DNA of 64,000 nucleotides from a virus (taxonomy: Duplodnaviria > Heunggongvirae > Uroviricota > Caudoviricetes), in the IMG/VR virus record IMGVR_UViG_3300005683_000050, positions 85,669 to 149,668 of that record; one strand, written 5' to 3'. The notes beneath the pieces were generated by a model, which ran no database searches, was not told where the DNA came from, and worked only from the letters and a program-made list of their open reading frames with translations. The translations under genes were made by a program, and so were the position numbers. Position 1 is the first letter of the stretch. The number at the start of each line of letters is the position of its first letter. This document shows positions 39,178 to 47,982 of the stretch, one piece after another.

Positions 39178-39486
39178 TTAAACGTTATCTTGACAACAAT
39201 CTGGCAACAACGTTTCTGTTTCGTTAGGCGGATTCAAACTATCATGCACAACATAGATAGGGATTTCAGATAAGTATCCAGAACGTTTCATGTCTGAACC
39301 CCAAGAGAATCCAATATACTTATTATTAGTTGCTACTCTCATTCGAGTATCCCATCCGCCTATGTCAGTAACATAGAATGCCTTATCGAACGGAATTGAA
39401 ATTTTCTCTCCGCTACCAGTGCATACAACAACAATACGGCAATCAAAACAAACTTCAACCCACTTTGCATCCGCTGGAACTGACAC
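39178..39486 (-). CDS. hypothetical protein 102 aa
   Basis: minus ORF. Confidence 0.3.
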   Translation of the reverse strand: MSVPADAKWVEVCFDCRIVVVCTGSGEKISIPFDKAFYVTDIGGWDTRMRVATNNKYIGFSWGSDMKRSGYLSEIPIYVVHDSLNPPNETETLLPDCCQDNV

Positions 39487-39651
39487 TTTTCATCCCAAAT
39501 TAGTTGATGCGTTTGCGTTTTTACGCCCAGTGCAATCTTGCCCGAACATCCGCCAGGAATATCTATTTTTACAAGATTACGTATCGGAACGATTCGCATA
39601 CGGGAATTATTGCAGTTTTCATATTACTGCCCTACGCATCAACTTGATGTA

Positions 39652-39680
39652 AGTATACCACCTTACTGTAATTTTGTCAA
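39652..39680 (-). promoter_or_regulatory. sigma70-type promoter TTGACA-17-TATACT
   Basis: upstream of the 39178-39486 gene. Confidence 0.55.
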
Positions 39681-39681
39681 G

Positions 39682-39764
39682 TGCGCTCGGAGGGAGTCGA
39701 ACCCTCAGCGCCATAGGCAATTGATTTTAAGTCAATCGTGTCTACCTGGTTTCACCACAAGCGC
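39682..39764 (-). tRNA. tRNA-Leu(TAA), type II
   Basis: anticodon arm ATTGA-CTTAAAA-TCAAT; long variable arm. Confidence 0.7.
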
Positions 39765-39997
39765 GGTTTTGTAAGTTTCCACACATTATTTTTATCGTCC
39801 CACACTGGTAAGTATCCAGTATGTAAGTGAAATATATTTCGGAGAGATTCCAGACATACTGAGGCGTATGCGTACCTTCTCTCATATTCACCCTCGACAA
39901 AAAATTCACCAGAGTTTCCTTCTTCTGCAACTGACGCCTCAGCATTGGCGTACTCTACAATAGAGTTCCAAAATTTCCTAGCGGTTCTGTAATCCAT
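39752..39997 (-). CDS. hypothetical protein 81 aa
   Basis: minus ORF; 3' end overlaps the tRNA-Leu 5' end by about 12 nt. Confidence 0.3.
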   Translation of the reverse strand: MDYRTARKFWNSIVEYANAEASVAEEGNSGEFFVEGEYERRYAYASVCLESLRNIFHLHTGYLPVWDDKNNVWKLTKPRLW

Positions 39998-40378
39998 TTT
40001 TATTCCCGTAAGTGAGTCCTGCCCTCACTATTCTCTTTTGACAGCAACGCGTTGGACGCTATAGCGACCCAATCCCGATTGTCCAGAGTCCAAGCTGTCT
40101 ACATTCGCTCGGTCACGACAGAGTAATCATGCACCGCTTCGACATCTTGCCAGCCAAGTCATACAACGAAGCGTTGTTTGGTACTTCACAGTTCCTGTGA
40201 AGATTCCTTTAGTGTGTCATATCGCCACACCGTTACGGGAATGAATGGATACATAGAATTACACCATACCGACTCTAGTTCAAGAAACCCATTGTTTTCA
40301 ATCAACCATACACGAAACGTTTTCGGTATCATTTTCCATGTCAACGAGAACTAAATAGTTCATTTTATTAATCCTTTA

Positions 40379-40454
40379 TACCGACTGAGGGAGTCGAACC
40401 CCCATTATTGCTATCGTGTAGGGATAGTGCAATGCCTTTATGCTATAAGTCGGT
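40379..40454 (-). tRNA. tRNA-Val(TAC)
   Basis: anticodon arm CTATC-CCTACAC-GATAG (C at position 33); acceptor ACCGACT/AGTCGGT. Confidence 0.55.
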
Positions 40455-40466
40455 GTTTATTCCTAG

Positions 40467-40541
40467 CGGGCTGTACGGGATTTGAACCCGCGTTCTTTAC
40501 ATTGACAGTGTAATGGGGACTCCAGACTCCCCCAACAGCCC
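40467..40541 (-). tRNA. tRNA-Asp(GTC)
   Basis: anticodon arm TTACA-CTGTCAA-TGTAA. Confidence 0.7.
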
Positions 40542-40547
40542 AAATTT

Positions 40548-40563
40548 CTGTCTACACAGACAG
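40548..40563. repeat. CTGTCT-N4-AGACAG palindromic hairpin motif
   Basis: CTGTCT-acac-AGACAG overlapping the -10 and start of the promoter at 40562-40590, 7 nt 5' of tRNA-Asp. Confidence 0.6.
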
Positions 40564-40590
40564 TCTATCACATCTTTTATTTTTTGTCAA
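40562..40590 (-). promoter_or_regulatory. sigma70-type promoter TTGACA-17-TAGACT
   Basis: upstream of tRNA-Asp/Val. Confidence 0.5.
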
Positions 40591-40611
40591 GTTCGACCAC
40601 GATGTACTCAG

Positions 40612-40684
40612 TGGAGACAATGGGACTCGAACCCACACTCTTTACAATGCCATTGTAACGCGTTCCCAATTACGCTATGTCCCC
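40612..40684 (-). tRNA. tRNA-Ala(GGC)
   Basis: anticodon arm TTACA-ATGGCAT-TGTAA; G3:U70. Confidence 0.65.
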
Positions 40685-40690
40685 TCTTTT

Positions 40691-40963
40691 TCAAAAGATA
40701 CTTCCAAAAGACCCAAGACGCGCTTCGTCCTTCAAATAATCAATCCTATTCTGCATATACATTGATACAATTTCACATGCAGATAGCCCCTTTAGGTTTC
40801 CCAAAAATCTGTTTTTCACAACAGTCGCAGAACCATCGTCGTGAATTACAATAATAAGCTCTGCGACCTGAACCGTATTAACTCCATACGTTCGATACAT
40901 ATATTCTAAATACGATTCATTGTTCAACTTTTTTACAGATTGGTCAAGAATTGCAATTAACAT
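40691..40963 (-). CDS. hypothetical protein 90 aa
   Basis: minus ORF. Confidence 0.3.
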   Translation of the reverse strand: MLIAILDQSVKKLNNESYLEYMYRTYGVNTVQVAELIIVIHDDGSATVVKNRFLGNLKGLSACEIVSMYMQNRIDYLKDEARLGSFGSIF

Positions 40964-40994
40964 CTCACCCTCCAGAATCTGTTTGGATTTTCCA

Positions 40995-41068
40995 GTACTC
41001 CCTACAGGACTCGAACCTGTGGTCTTTTCTGTGTCATAGAAACGATTTAGCCGCTAATCTAAGAGAGC
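40995..41068 (-). tRNA. tRNA-Val(GAC)
   Basis: anticodon arm TTTCT-ATGACAC-AGAAA; D arm GATT/AATC. Confidence 0.65.
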
Positions 41069-41073
41069 GTCAG

Positions 41074-41146
41074 TGCGGGCGACAGGACTCGAACCTGCAC
41101 ATGAAATTTGGAAGACTTCCATGCTAGCCATTAACATCACACCCGC
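41074..41146 (-). tRNA. tRNA-Gly(TCC)
   Basis: anticodon loop CTTCCAA; acceptor GCGGGTG/CGCCCGC. Confidence 0.6.
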
Positions 41147-41153
41147 ATAAAGG

Positions 41154-41225
41154 TCGCGGGAGCGAGACTCGAACTCGCGATAACTCGTATCCGAAACGAG
41201 CATGTTGCCACTACATTACCCCGCG
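41154..41225 (-). tRNA. tRNA-Pro(CGG)
   Basis: C1:G72 acceptor CGCGGGG/TCCCGCG; anticodon arm CTCGT-TTCGGAT-ACGAG. Confidence 0.7.
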
Positions 41226-41710
41226 ATGTGGGGAATTATACGCACTCTCCCCATGAAACGTCAGGACTTTCCCTGCTGCCATACATTTCCTACGGGCAGA
41301 TTTCATCTAGAATTTTTCTGCGTGTCGCCGCATGTAGGACGGATTCGTATTCCCTATGTGCTATTACGCCAAAGGCGAGAGTTAACATTGCAATTACCTC
41401 TCACGCGTGTTGCGCGCTGTCCTTAGTATACGTCTCCTTTACGGATTGTTGCACCCACAATGGAGGTTTCGCATTATTCCGTATCGCTCTTACATCGTAT
41501 ACCATACGCCACTCTTTAGAGGATTGATGCTTTTAATCAAACCTTTAGGGAATAGAATTTGAGATTATCGTATCTCACTGCGGTTTGAGTCAATGCCCCG
41601 TTTCACGGGCGCTCCCGCACGACTATCTGTGTTTCGCCCCACTCGAATGGAGACGTATCTTGTGAGGTTACTCAGAATCGTTCTGTACAATGTCTCCGCC
41701 TTAGTCTCAG
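41226..41710 (-). other. ~480-nt non-coding spacer inside the tRNA array (candidate structured RNA)
   Basis: no ORF above 35 aa on the minus strand; several local hairpins (GGAGAC...GTCTCC, GCCCGTGAAACGGGGC); no tRNA fold found. Confidence 0.25.
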
Positions 41711-41781
41711 TGACCCGCTAGGGACTTGAACCCTATTCTCAAGCTTAAGAGGCTAGTGCATCGCCATCAATGCTTGCAGGT
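41711..41781 (-). tRNA. tRNA-Lys(CTT)
   Basis: anticodon loop CTCTTAA; D arm GCAT/ATGC; one stem mismatch. Confidence 0.55.
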
Positions 41782-41879
41782 CATGTGTCTTCTATCAGAC
41801 TGTCACGGTGTTTTTTGTGTTAACCCGACTCCCGCATTACGGGTGTCTTGCACGAGCCATCACCGTTTGGTTCGGTTAG

Positions 41880-41953
41880 TGCCTTCGGAGGGACTTGAAC
41901 CCACAACTCATCACTTAAAGGGCGAATACGCTACCAAATTGCGTCACGAAGGC
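41880..41953 (-). tRNA. tRNA-Lys(TTT)
   Basis: anticodon loop CCTTTAA; acceptor GCCTTCG/CGAAGGC. Confidence 0.55.
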
Positions 41954-41957
41954 ATAG

Positions 41958-42030
41958 TACCGACGAAGGGTCTCGAACCCCCATAATTCACGTTATGAGC
42001 ATGAAATGTCACCAATTGCATCACGTCGGC
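41958..42030 (-). tRNA. tRNA-Met(CAT) second copy (Met, fMet or Ile2)
   Basis: anticodon arm TCATG-CTCATAA-CGTGA. Confidence 0.65.
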
Positions 42031-42031
42031 A

Positions 42032-42250
42032 TTACAAAATTCTATCTAATGGTTTATGCCATGTCCAAGACAGGGCAGATGGATGCCCGATAAACAGTAT
42101 GACCACAACAAGATTTCCGATATATGATTCTCCACATATCGCCATTGCTCCACATTTGGGGCAGTCAATTGTCGCTCCGACCATTTTTGCAACAAATGGT
42201 AGTTTTGTTTCACAGAAAGCACACTTTATTGTTCTTTTCATTTTCTGCAA
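42032..42250 (-). CDS. zinc-ribbon protein 72 aa
   Basis: CAFCETK...CPKCGAM. Confidence 0.35.
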   Translation of the reverse strand: MQKMKRTIKCAFCETKLPFVAKMVGATIDCPKCGAMAICGESYIGNLVVVILFIGHPSALSWTWHKPLDRIL

Positions 42251-42302
42251 AATGTGGCATAGTCACAATGACGACGATTCAATTTCTGCAATCTACGAAT
42301 AA

Positions 42303-42331
42303 ATCATATCACAGAATCTGATTTTTGTCAA
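42303..42331 (-). promoter_or_regulatory. sigma70-type promoter TTGACA-17-TATGAT
   Basis: TCTGTGA extended -10. Confidence 0.55.
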
Positions 42332-42623
42332 GCAATATACCGCGCGCTACTGCGCGGTCAAACCAGTCGAAACTTTCCTGAACGATGTGGTCTCCAACTA
42401 TTGCCTCTTGACCATCAATCATAAACGAAAAAAAATCTGCCTGCAAGATTCCTTCAGAAATAGATGTAAAAACCATAGATATAAGGTTTGAGCTTGACGT
42501 ATTGTACTGAATGTTTTGAGAGACAGTTATCGCTCCAACAATTTCGTAAAAAATCTTTGTCAACTCAAAGTCCGAGAACGCTTTTCCAGTTCTAGTATAG
42601 TTTATAACAATCATTAATGCCAC
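42309..42623 (-). CDS. hypothetical protein 104 aa
   Basis: minus ORF. Confidence 0.3.
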   Translation of the reverse strand: MALMIVINYTRTGKAFSDFELTKIFYEIVGAITVSQNIQYNTSSSNLISMVFTSISEGILQADFFSFMIDGQEAIVGDHIVQESFDWFDRAVARGILLDKNQIL

Positions 42624-42627
42624 TCCA

Positions 42628-42700
42628 TACTGGGTGTCGGACTCGAACCGACTTCTATCGCGAGCGCGATTATGTTCTCCATACTAGCACCAATCCCAGT
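42628..42700 (-). pseudogene. tRNA-like element without anticodon arm (decayed tRNA or tRNA-mimic)
   Basis: good acceptor ACTGGG/CCCAGT and T arm GTCGG-TTCGAGT-CCGAC; the expected anticodon position holds a 5-bp hairpin with 4-nt loop (ATCGC-GCTC-GCGAT). Confidence 0.3.
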
Positions 42701-42816
42701 CCACTGTGACCCCTACATTCTTTCCTAACAGGGAAAGCGTCGTATCCTCAGTGGTATCGTCTTTCCGATTGTCGCCCCTTACTCTGCACTTTTGCAGGGT
42801 CGTGCAGCTGTTACAT

Positions 42817-42834
42817 ATGTCTGTGCGGAGACAA
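42817..42834. repeat. TGTCT-N6-AGACA hairpin (variant of the CTGTCT/AGACAG motif)
   Basis: ATGTCT-gtgcgg-AGACAA, 18 nt 3' of tRNA-Lys. Confidence 0.4.
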
Positions 42835-42851
42835 CCGCTATGTAACTGTAG

Positions 42852-42926
42852 TGCGCCCAGAGGGATTTGAACCCCCGACCTTATACTTAAAAGGTATCTG
42901 CTCTAACCAGACTGAGCTATGAGCGC
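42852..42926 (-). tRNA. tRNA-Lys(TTT) second copy
   Basis: anticodon loop CTTTTAA; D arm GCTC/GAGC. Confidence 0.55.
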
Positions 42927-42934
42927 GCAAACTA

Positions 42935-43111
42935 TCAAAACATATAGGAGAAAGCCGCCGCTACCGCGATTCCAACAGCCAGAATCATACAAATTGCCAG
43001 CAGTAAAAATGCCACGAACCGTAGCCATCCACGACTGTGCTTGTTAGCATATAATGCTACCGTCGCGTTTGCAATCAATGCAACCTCAAGTAAAAATGTT
43101 TGTGTGTCCAT
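42935..43111 (-). CDS. small membrane protein 58 aa (paralog family)
   Basis: MDTQTFLLEVALIANATVAL...; its own promoter upstream; below ORF-track cutoff. Confidence 0.3.
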   Translation of the reverse strand: MDTQTFLLEVALIANATVALYANKHSRGWLRFVAFLLLAICMILAVGIAVAAAFSYMF

Positions 43112-43117
43112 GACGCT

Positions 43118-43146
43118 ATGATACCACGAATTAAAAGTTTTGTCAA
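43118..43146 (-). promoter_or_regulatory. sigma70-type promoter TTGACA-17-TATCAT
   Basis: TCGTGG before the -10. Confidence 0.55.
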
Positions 43147-43156
43147 TAGCGAGATG

Positions 43157-43390
43157 TCAACGATACGCTAAATATAAATTGTAAAACAGAGCTCCAACAA
43201 AAACAACTGTGGAAGTAGCCGCGAAAAGCAAATACAAAGCCCCTAGCATTTCCAAGAATCTTTCAACGTGTCGCATTTGCTCCGCCTTGACCTTTCGGGT
43301 AAGGCTTGCGACCAATACACACATCATAGAAAGAGCTCCGAACAAAATTACAGTTTGGATTATTGGAAGTAATTCTATCACTGAAACCAC
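43157..43390 (-). CDS. small membrane protein 77 aa
   Basis: two TM helices. Confidence 0.35.
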   Translation of the reverse strand: MVSVIELLPIIQTVILFGALSMMCVLVASLTRKVKAEQMRHVERFLEMLGALYLLFAATSTVVFVGALFYNLYLAYR

Positions 43391-43557
43391 GCAATCATAC
43401 TGGAAACAGCTACAGAGAACGCCATCCCGACAGAAGCTATCATCAGGATAAGAGTGCCAATTTTAATGAACGATACGCTGGTGTGCATGTTCAAATACAT
43501 AGAAAAAGCACCAACAATCATAAATGACGCAAAAAGTATAAATGTATTTATGTCCAT
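43378..43557 (-). CDS. small membrane protein 59 aa (paralog family)
   Basis: MDINTFILFASFMIVGAFSM...; its own promoter upstream. Confidence 0.3.
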   Translation of the reverse strand: MDINTFILFASFMIVGAFSMYLNMHTSVSFIKIGTLILMIASVGMAFSVAVSSMIAWFQ

Positions 43558-43563
43558 GACTAC

Positions 43564-43592
43564 ATCATATCACAAAACGTAAAACTTGTCAA
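43564..43592 (-). promoter_or_regulatory. sigma70-type promoter TTGACA-17-TATGAT
   Basis: TTGTGA extended -10. Confidence 0.55.
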
Positions 43593-43750
43593 GTACCGAA
43601 ATAAAAATGCCTGTGGTCACATCACAGGCAATCACAAGGGAGGCGAATCGGCTGGTTGTGTGACTCAACCCAATCTCCACCTGCAAGAATCGAGCTTGCA
43701 CGTTTATGTTAACAGCATAACATACTACCGTTATATGAAGGTGGAATAAA

Positions 43751-43770
43751 GTGGGGACATGTGTCCCCAC
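43751..43770. terminator. hairpin terminator GTGGGGACA-TG-TGTCCCCAC
   Basis: perfect 9-bp palindrome right after the SSB stop, followed by a T-rich tract on the minus strand. Confidence 0.5.
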
Positions 43771-43784
43771 ACAAAACTACTCAA

Positions 43785-44192
43785 CTAAAAAGGCAATTGT
43801 TGCGGCTCTGAACCCTCTTCCCCCTCAGTATCCTTCTTCGGGTTGGAGAACTGGATACTATCGGCGGTAACTTCAAATGCCGCACCATATGTTCCGTCTT
43901 TGCGCTGAAAAACACGCGGACAGCCAGTTTCAAGGTCAAAGTCTAAACGCGCTGTCACAGCAACTTGCGCCCCTTTGGTGACATATTGGTTTACAATTTC
44001 AGCCCTCTTTCCAAGAACTGTAACGTTCAACCAAAGTGGATAATCCCTGCCACTTTCGTCATTCTTGCCCTTTGCCCACTGGTTAACCGCGACACCAAGC
44101 CTGGTAATCGCAGTTCCTTTTTCAGAATAACGCATCTCTGGGTCACGAGTGACATTGCCAACAAACGTAACGTTCAGAAAACTAAGCCCCAT
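43785..44192 (-). CDS. ssb: single-stranded DNA-binding protein
   Basis: OB-fold-like N-terminus (MGLSFLNVTFVGNVTRDPEMRY...) and acidic C-terminal tail ...EEGSEPQQLPF. Confidence 0.7.
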   Translation of the reverse strand: MGLSFLNVTFVGNVTRDPEMRYSEKGTAITRLGVAVNQWAKGKNDESGRDYPLWLNVTVLGKRAEIVNQYVTKGAQVAVTARLDFDLETGCPRVFQRKDGTYGAAFEVTADSIQFSNPKKDTEGEEGSEPQQLPF

Positions 44193-44301
44193 ATTGTTAA
44201 ATCCTTTTCACGATACGAGAAAATCTTTTTGTTTTTGTTTTTTAATTCGTGTAATCGTATCGTCTTTTTTGATGCGGTCATAATAATAATGACCGACTCA
44301 G

Positions 44302-44382
44302 TGTCCTTAGAGGGACTCGAACCCCCACGCCTATTGGCACGACGTTCTAAGCATCGCATGTCTACCGTTTCACCATAAGGAC
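44302..44382 (-). tRNA. tRNA-Leu(TAG), type II
   Basis: anticodon arm CGATG-CTTAGAA-CGTCG; 13-nt variable arm. Confidence 0.7.
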
Positions 44383-44542
44383 ATTATTTCGCGCTGACTG
44401 GTTTCGATTTGCAAATCTCACAGTCCATTTGTTACGATACGCCAGAGCAGAAGAGTATGTACACTATTCTTTCTATATATGACACTCGCTTCACTCTACA
44501 TACCATACTTGACTCTTGGAAATATCCCCCTACCGCAAAACC

Positions 44543-44571
44543 ATTATATCACAAGTTTATTGCTTTGTCAA
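44543..44571 (-). promoter_or_regulatory. sigma70-type promoter TTGACA-17-TATAAT
   Basis: TTGTGA extended -10; upstream of tRNA-Leu(TAG). Confidence 0.6.
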
Positions 44572-44699
44572 GCTGTTTATACTCCAGCTACGAGTCCAAT
44601 TGGAATGCGTTGTAATGTGATTCTTGCGGACACATCTTCCGTTATCCCTCAGAATGACGGAGAGACGAAAATCATCGCGGGTCAACAAGGTGTCCATAT

Positions 44700-44990
44700 T
44701 TAACACGCCTCAAGTGAAGTAATCAGAAATGCCGCGTCCTCAAGTGTTGCGATATGTATAATGTAAGTGTCCACATGTCCGTATGCGCCAAAAACATCAT
44801 AATTCTTAATAAGGAACGGATAGTCTTTTGGGGGATTATCGCCAGACAATCTATTCTGGTCTATTTCCTGTTCTTTGTAGAACTTATTTAAGTCTTCAAT
44901 AGACGAGATTAAAGTCCATCCGTTATATTCTGTCATTTTATTTATCTCCAGTAAAAATGAAAAGTTAACACAACACTGGGCATGTGTCAA
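44700..44990 (-). CDS. hypothetical protein 96 aa
   Basis: minus ORF. Confidence 0.3.
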   Translation of the reverse strand: MTHAQCCVNFSFLLEINKMTEYNGWTLISSIEDLNKFYKEQEIDQNRLSGDNPPKDYPFLIKNYDVFGAYGHVDTYIIHIATLEDAAFLITSLEAC

Positions 44991-45033
44991 ATCATTCTTT
45001 CTTCAGCGCATTAATCACCATCGGTTAAGATTA

Positions 45034-45116
45034 AGGAGAGGAAGGGATTTGAACCCTCAAGACTTTCGTTCGCTCGCTTTCAAGGCGAGTTCCGTCACCA
45101 ATCGGATTGCCTCTCC
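45034..45116 (-). tRNA. tRNA-Ser(TGA), type II
   Basis: anticodon arm CTCGC-CTTGAAA-GCGAG; acceptor GGAGAGG/CCTCTCC. Confidence 0.7.
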
Positions 45117-45316
45117 GTACCGCTAAAAATTGGGTCTGCAATTATATATCTACACAACACGAGAATGGTTGTTTTCGATACAACAGTTTCAGAGTGACTA
45201 ATTCCAAAACTTTGAGCCCAAACCTTTCGCCATGCCAGTCTAGCATTAGCTGGGTTTGGTTTGTGCTTTCCACTACGGGAAAGGTGTTTGCCAATTTCAT
45301 CACACTCTCGCGTTGC

Positions 45317-45649
45317 TTAAAAATTCTCACCCATCTGCTTAATCATATTACAGTTAGCGCAGAGGGTTTGGTATCCTTCTGGAAGTCCAGACTTAATCAG
45401 GTATTCGTAGAAATTCCATCCAGCGAAATGTTTTCCACCGTTCGCCCGACGCTCAGAACTGCCGTTGTTATGGATATGGTCAATCTGTAGGGCGCGTATA
45501 TCAGAGAATCCGCACCGACAACACACATTGCCATACCTATCCAGAACTATCATCTTTACTCTTCTGCGTCGTTCACGAGAATAACTTCTCGTCTTTTCTG
45601 GATACTTTGCTCGGTATCTTGCATTCGCAGATTTTCTGTCTGATTTCAT
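45317..45649 (-). CDS. HNH endonuclease
   Basis: CCRCGF...IDHIHNNG...CANCN. Confidence 0.6.
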   Translation of the reverse strand: MKSDRKSANARYRAKYPEKTRSYSRERRRRVKMIVLDRYGNVCCRCGFSDIRALQIDHIHNNGSSERRANGGKHFAGWNFYEYLIKSGLPEGYQTLCANCNMIKQMGENF

Positions 45650-45705
45650 TCTACACTAATCTACAAAAACTACATTCAACATCACACAGACAAGAATTTG
45701 TCAAG

Positions 45706-45780
45706 CTGCCCCACAAGGACTTGAACCTTGAGCCTTCATGTTAACAGCATGTTGCTCTGCCAATTGAGCTATAGGGCAAT
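45706..45780 (-). tRNA. tRNA-Asn(GTT)
   Basis: anticodon loop CTGTTAA; D arm GCTC/GAGC. Confidence 0.6.
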
Positions 45781-46161
45781 GATATGAGCATAGTCGGATT
45801 CCCCACCCGACGCCTCTTGCTTTACATCGCAAACGGTACGAAACTCCGTAACATTTTCGATACGTCTGCTCATCTCAGCAAGAATCTTACATTCTCTATC
45901 GGCATCTACCCTCAGACGACATGCGCTTTGTTGTCGCCCTGCGACAGAAATTCTGTGACTTGGTAGTGTTTGACGGATTGCAGTCCGCAAGCCGAACCGC
46001 TCTGGTTACGCAGAGTTATGCTCATACTGATTTAATACGCCAGGTGTCACCCAATATCGGTTGCGACTCTTGCTCCACCTCAATCGCATATTTTTATTTA
46101 TGAAGCTTACGATACTGACGATTTTTGCGGTTTGACTGCCGCATCATAGTCTGACGTATTA

Positions 46162-46233
46162 CAGGGACGCTAGGGATTGAACCTAGAAATTTTGCTTCAA
46201 AGGCAAATGTCTTGCCAATTAAACGACATCCCT
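46162..46233 (-). tRNA. tRNA-Gln(TTG)
   Basis: anticodon arm TTTGC-CTTTGAA-GCAAA; A1:U72 acceptor. Confidence 0.65.
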
Positions 46234-46451
46234 ATCTGGTGGGGATTGAGAGAATCAAACTCACCCTAACGCCGCCGCGCCGTTACTCAATACACTATCT
46301 CCCCATAAGCCGTTCTTTTCACGGCTGTCATTCCGTATCTCTAACAATTCTCACGGAAACGGAGATAAGAGTAGTTTTTACGTCTACCACTCAGACGTAT
46401 CGTTATGTTGGTGATAAGCCATCTGCGCCTTGTACTATAGTTAGCGCATAG

Positions 46452-46532
46452 TGCCGTTGGGCGGATTTGAACCACCACATCCGAAGAGACTCTTTTACAG
46501 AGAGCTGACCTCACCAAATGGACAGCAACGGC
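46452..46532 (-). tRNA. tRNA-Tyr(GTA), type II
   Basis: anticodon arm GCTCT-CTGTAAA-AGAGT; long variable arm. Confidence 0.7.
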
Positions 46533-46574
46533 ATTAACCATAATAGTACTTATCCTCAATGACCTCACACTCTT

Positions 46575-46603
46575 ATACTATCACAAATTGTCAGATTTGT
46601 CAA
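46575..46603 (-). promoter_or_regulatory. sigma70-type promoter TTGACA-17-TAGTAT
   Basis: TTGTGA extended -10; upstream of tRNA-Tyr/Gln/Asn. Confidence 0.55.
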
Positions 46604-46808
46604 GTTTCTTCCTATTGTATATCTTTCGAGTTTTTCTTTTCATGTTGGTGTACATTTTCGCTTCGATATACAGATTTGAACGCTTGTCGTTGAATAACGG
46701 AACACCATGACCGCGTTCAAATTCAATTGTAAGGTGATTCAGTAGACCGACATTGACTTTCGGTTTACCGCCCATGTTCTTTAGTTTAAGAACGCATTTA
46801 TAGCACAT
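46581..46808 (-). CDS. small basic protein 75 aa
   Basis: minus ORF between tRNAs; its 3' end contains a promoter, so it is uncertain. Confidence 0.25.
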   Translation of the reverse strand: MCYKCVLKLKNMGGKPKVNVGLLNHLTIEFERGHGVPLFNDKRSNLYIEAKMYTNMKRKTRKIYNRKKLDKSDNL

Positions 46809-46809
46809 A

Positions 46810-46880
46810 CAGGGACACGTGGACTTGAACCAAGAACTCTTGTGTCAGAAACAAGTGTTTTCCCATTAAACCATATCCCT
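46810..46880 (-). tRNA. tRNA-Gln(CTG)
   Basis: anticodon arm CTTGT-TTCTGAC-ACAAG. Confidence 0.65.
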
Positions 46881-47225
46881 ATCTTCTAATTTTTTCTCTA
46901 ACTCTGCCAACAGCCATAATGCAGCTAAGTATATATTTCCAGCCGCGTTGTTTTCTGGTTTCTTCTCCAACTCAAGCATCTCCAAAGCCGCTAAAGTGCC
47001 TGATACTTGTCCTTGACGGACAAGTTTAACGTGATTTATCACGATTTGCGATATACTCGTACTCATCGTAGAAATTATCTATCCTTAAAGGCAGGAACGG
47101 AAACACAAAGCCAACTTTACTCTCCGTTCTTTTACCTCTATGCCGACAAGCGTAGCACCGAATTTTGCGATAAAATAACTATCCAGTATTGTACGATGTC
47201 TTGCCTGTCAAGAGTTATAGATGCA

Positions 47226-47296
47226 AGCCCCCAATCAGACTTGAACTGATATTAACGCTTTACGAAAGCATCGTTCTGCCATTAAACTATAAGGGC
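47226..47296 (-). tRNA. tRNA-Thr(CGT)
   Basis: anticodon arm ATGCT-TTCGTAA-AGCGT. Confidence 0.65.
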
Positions 47297-47460
47297 GAAA
47301 TATCTCCATTAGATACATACGTAGAATCTTTTGTCGGCACAGCAGCTTTATACCACTCGTTACCATCAAAGTTGTAGTATCCATCACCTTGCAATCGAAT
47401 TGGACTACCCTTAAACTTCATCGCCTTACTTTCTCGAATCACTAAGATTATTTTTACACA

Positions 47461-47531
47461 AGCCCTGTCTGAGAATCGAACTCAGGTCTAATGATTACAA
47501 GTCAATCATAATGCCACTATACGAACAGGGC
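47461..47531 (-). tRNA. tRNA-Thr(TGT), short D-loop
   Basis: anticodon loop CTTGTAA on a 4-bp stem with one mismatch; acceptor GCCCTGT/ACAGGGC. Confidence 0.5.
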
Positions 47532-47815
47532 AGATTCTAATTTTTACCCCTTAACGATTCAATGATTCCTTGAATGCCCCAAGAAATAGCAAAAATCAAC
47601 ACCAGAGCAATAGCCCAGTTTTCAGACAGCCAGTTGAGAATTTCCATTATTGCCTCGCAATCATTATTGCACCGCAAATTAGCGATGCCAATAGAATAAA
47701 AAGCAGCACCGCAAAGGGATGCTTTATCAACAACCACCCGAACCAACCTTGTTGCTTGATTTGATTGAGAGCTTCTTCCCTAGATTCAACATCTGTATTG
47801 CGTTCTATTGACATA

Positions 47816-47887
47816 TTCCGACGACAGGGGTCGAACCTGTATGACATGTTCTTCAGACATGCGTATTACCACATCTACCACATCGGA
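47816..47887 (-). tRNA. tRNA-Phe(GAA)
   Basis: anticodon arm CATGT-CTGAAGA-ACATG. Confidence 0.7.
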
Positions 47888-47953
47888 GTAATGCGACCAT
47901 TTCGTATCTCAGACTACTCTGGTCGCTATAGGCGGTTCTCTGCCGTCAAAAAC

Positions 47954-47982
47954 ATTATACAACAACACTCAGGATTTGTCAA
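47954..47982 (-). promoter_or_regulatory. sigma70-type promoter TTGACA-17-TATAAT
   Basis: upstream of tRNA-Phe. Confidence 0.6.

Noticed and set aside
43570-43770. 66-aa minus ORF between the SSB gene and the small membrane genes
   Set aside because: It spans a consensus promoter and the SSB terminator hairpin. Its composition is atypical, so it is more likely a non-coding leader.
45690-45700. Promoter at TTGACA 45693-45698 upstream of the HNH gene 45317-45649
   Set aside because: The -35 is perfect, but no acceptable -10 lies at 16-18 bp (TGTTGA), so it is not counted with the consensus family.
46341-46568. Minus-strand ORFs 46341-46568, 49189-49524, 49608-49856 and 44174-44359
   Set aside because: Each lies almost entirely over tRNA genes. 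The shared peptide RGRGEIGRRAT..LQVQILSSAL is just the translation of the duplicated Leu tRNAs.
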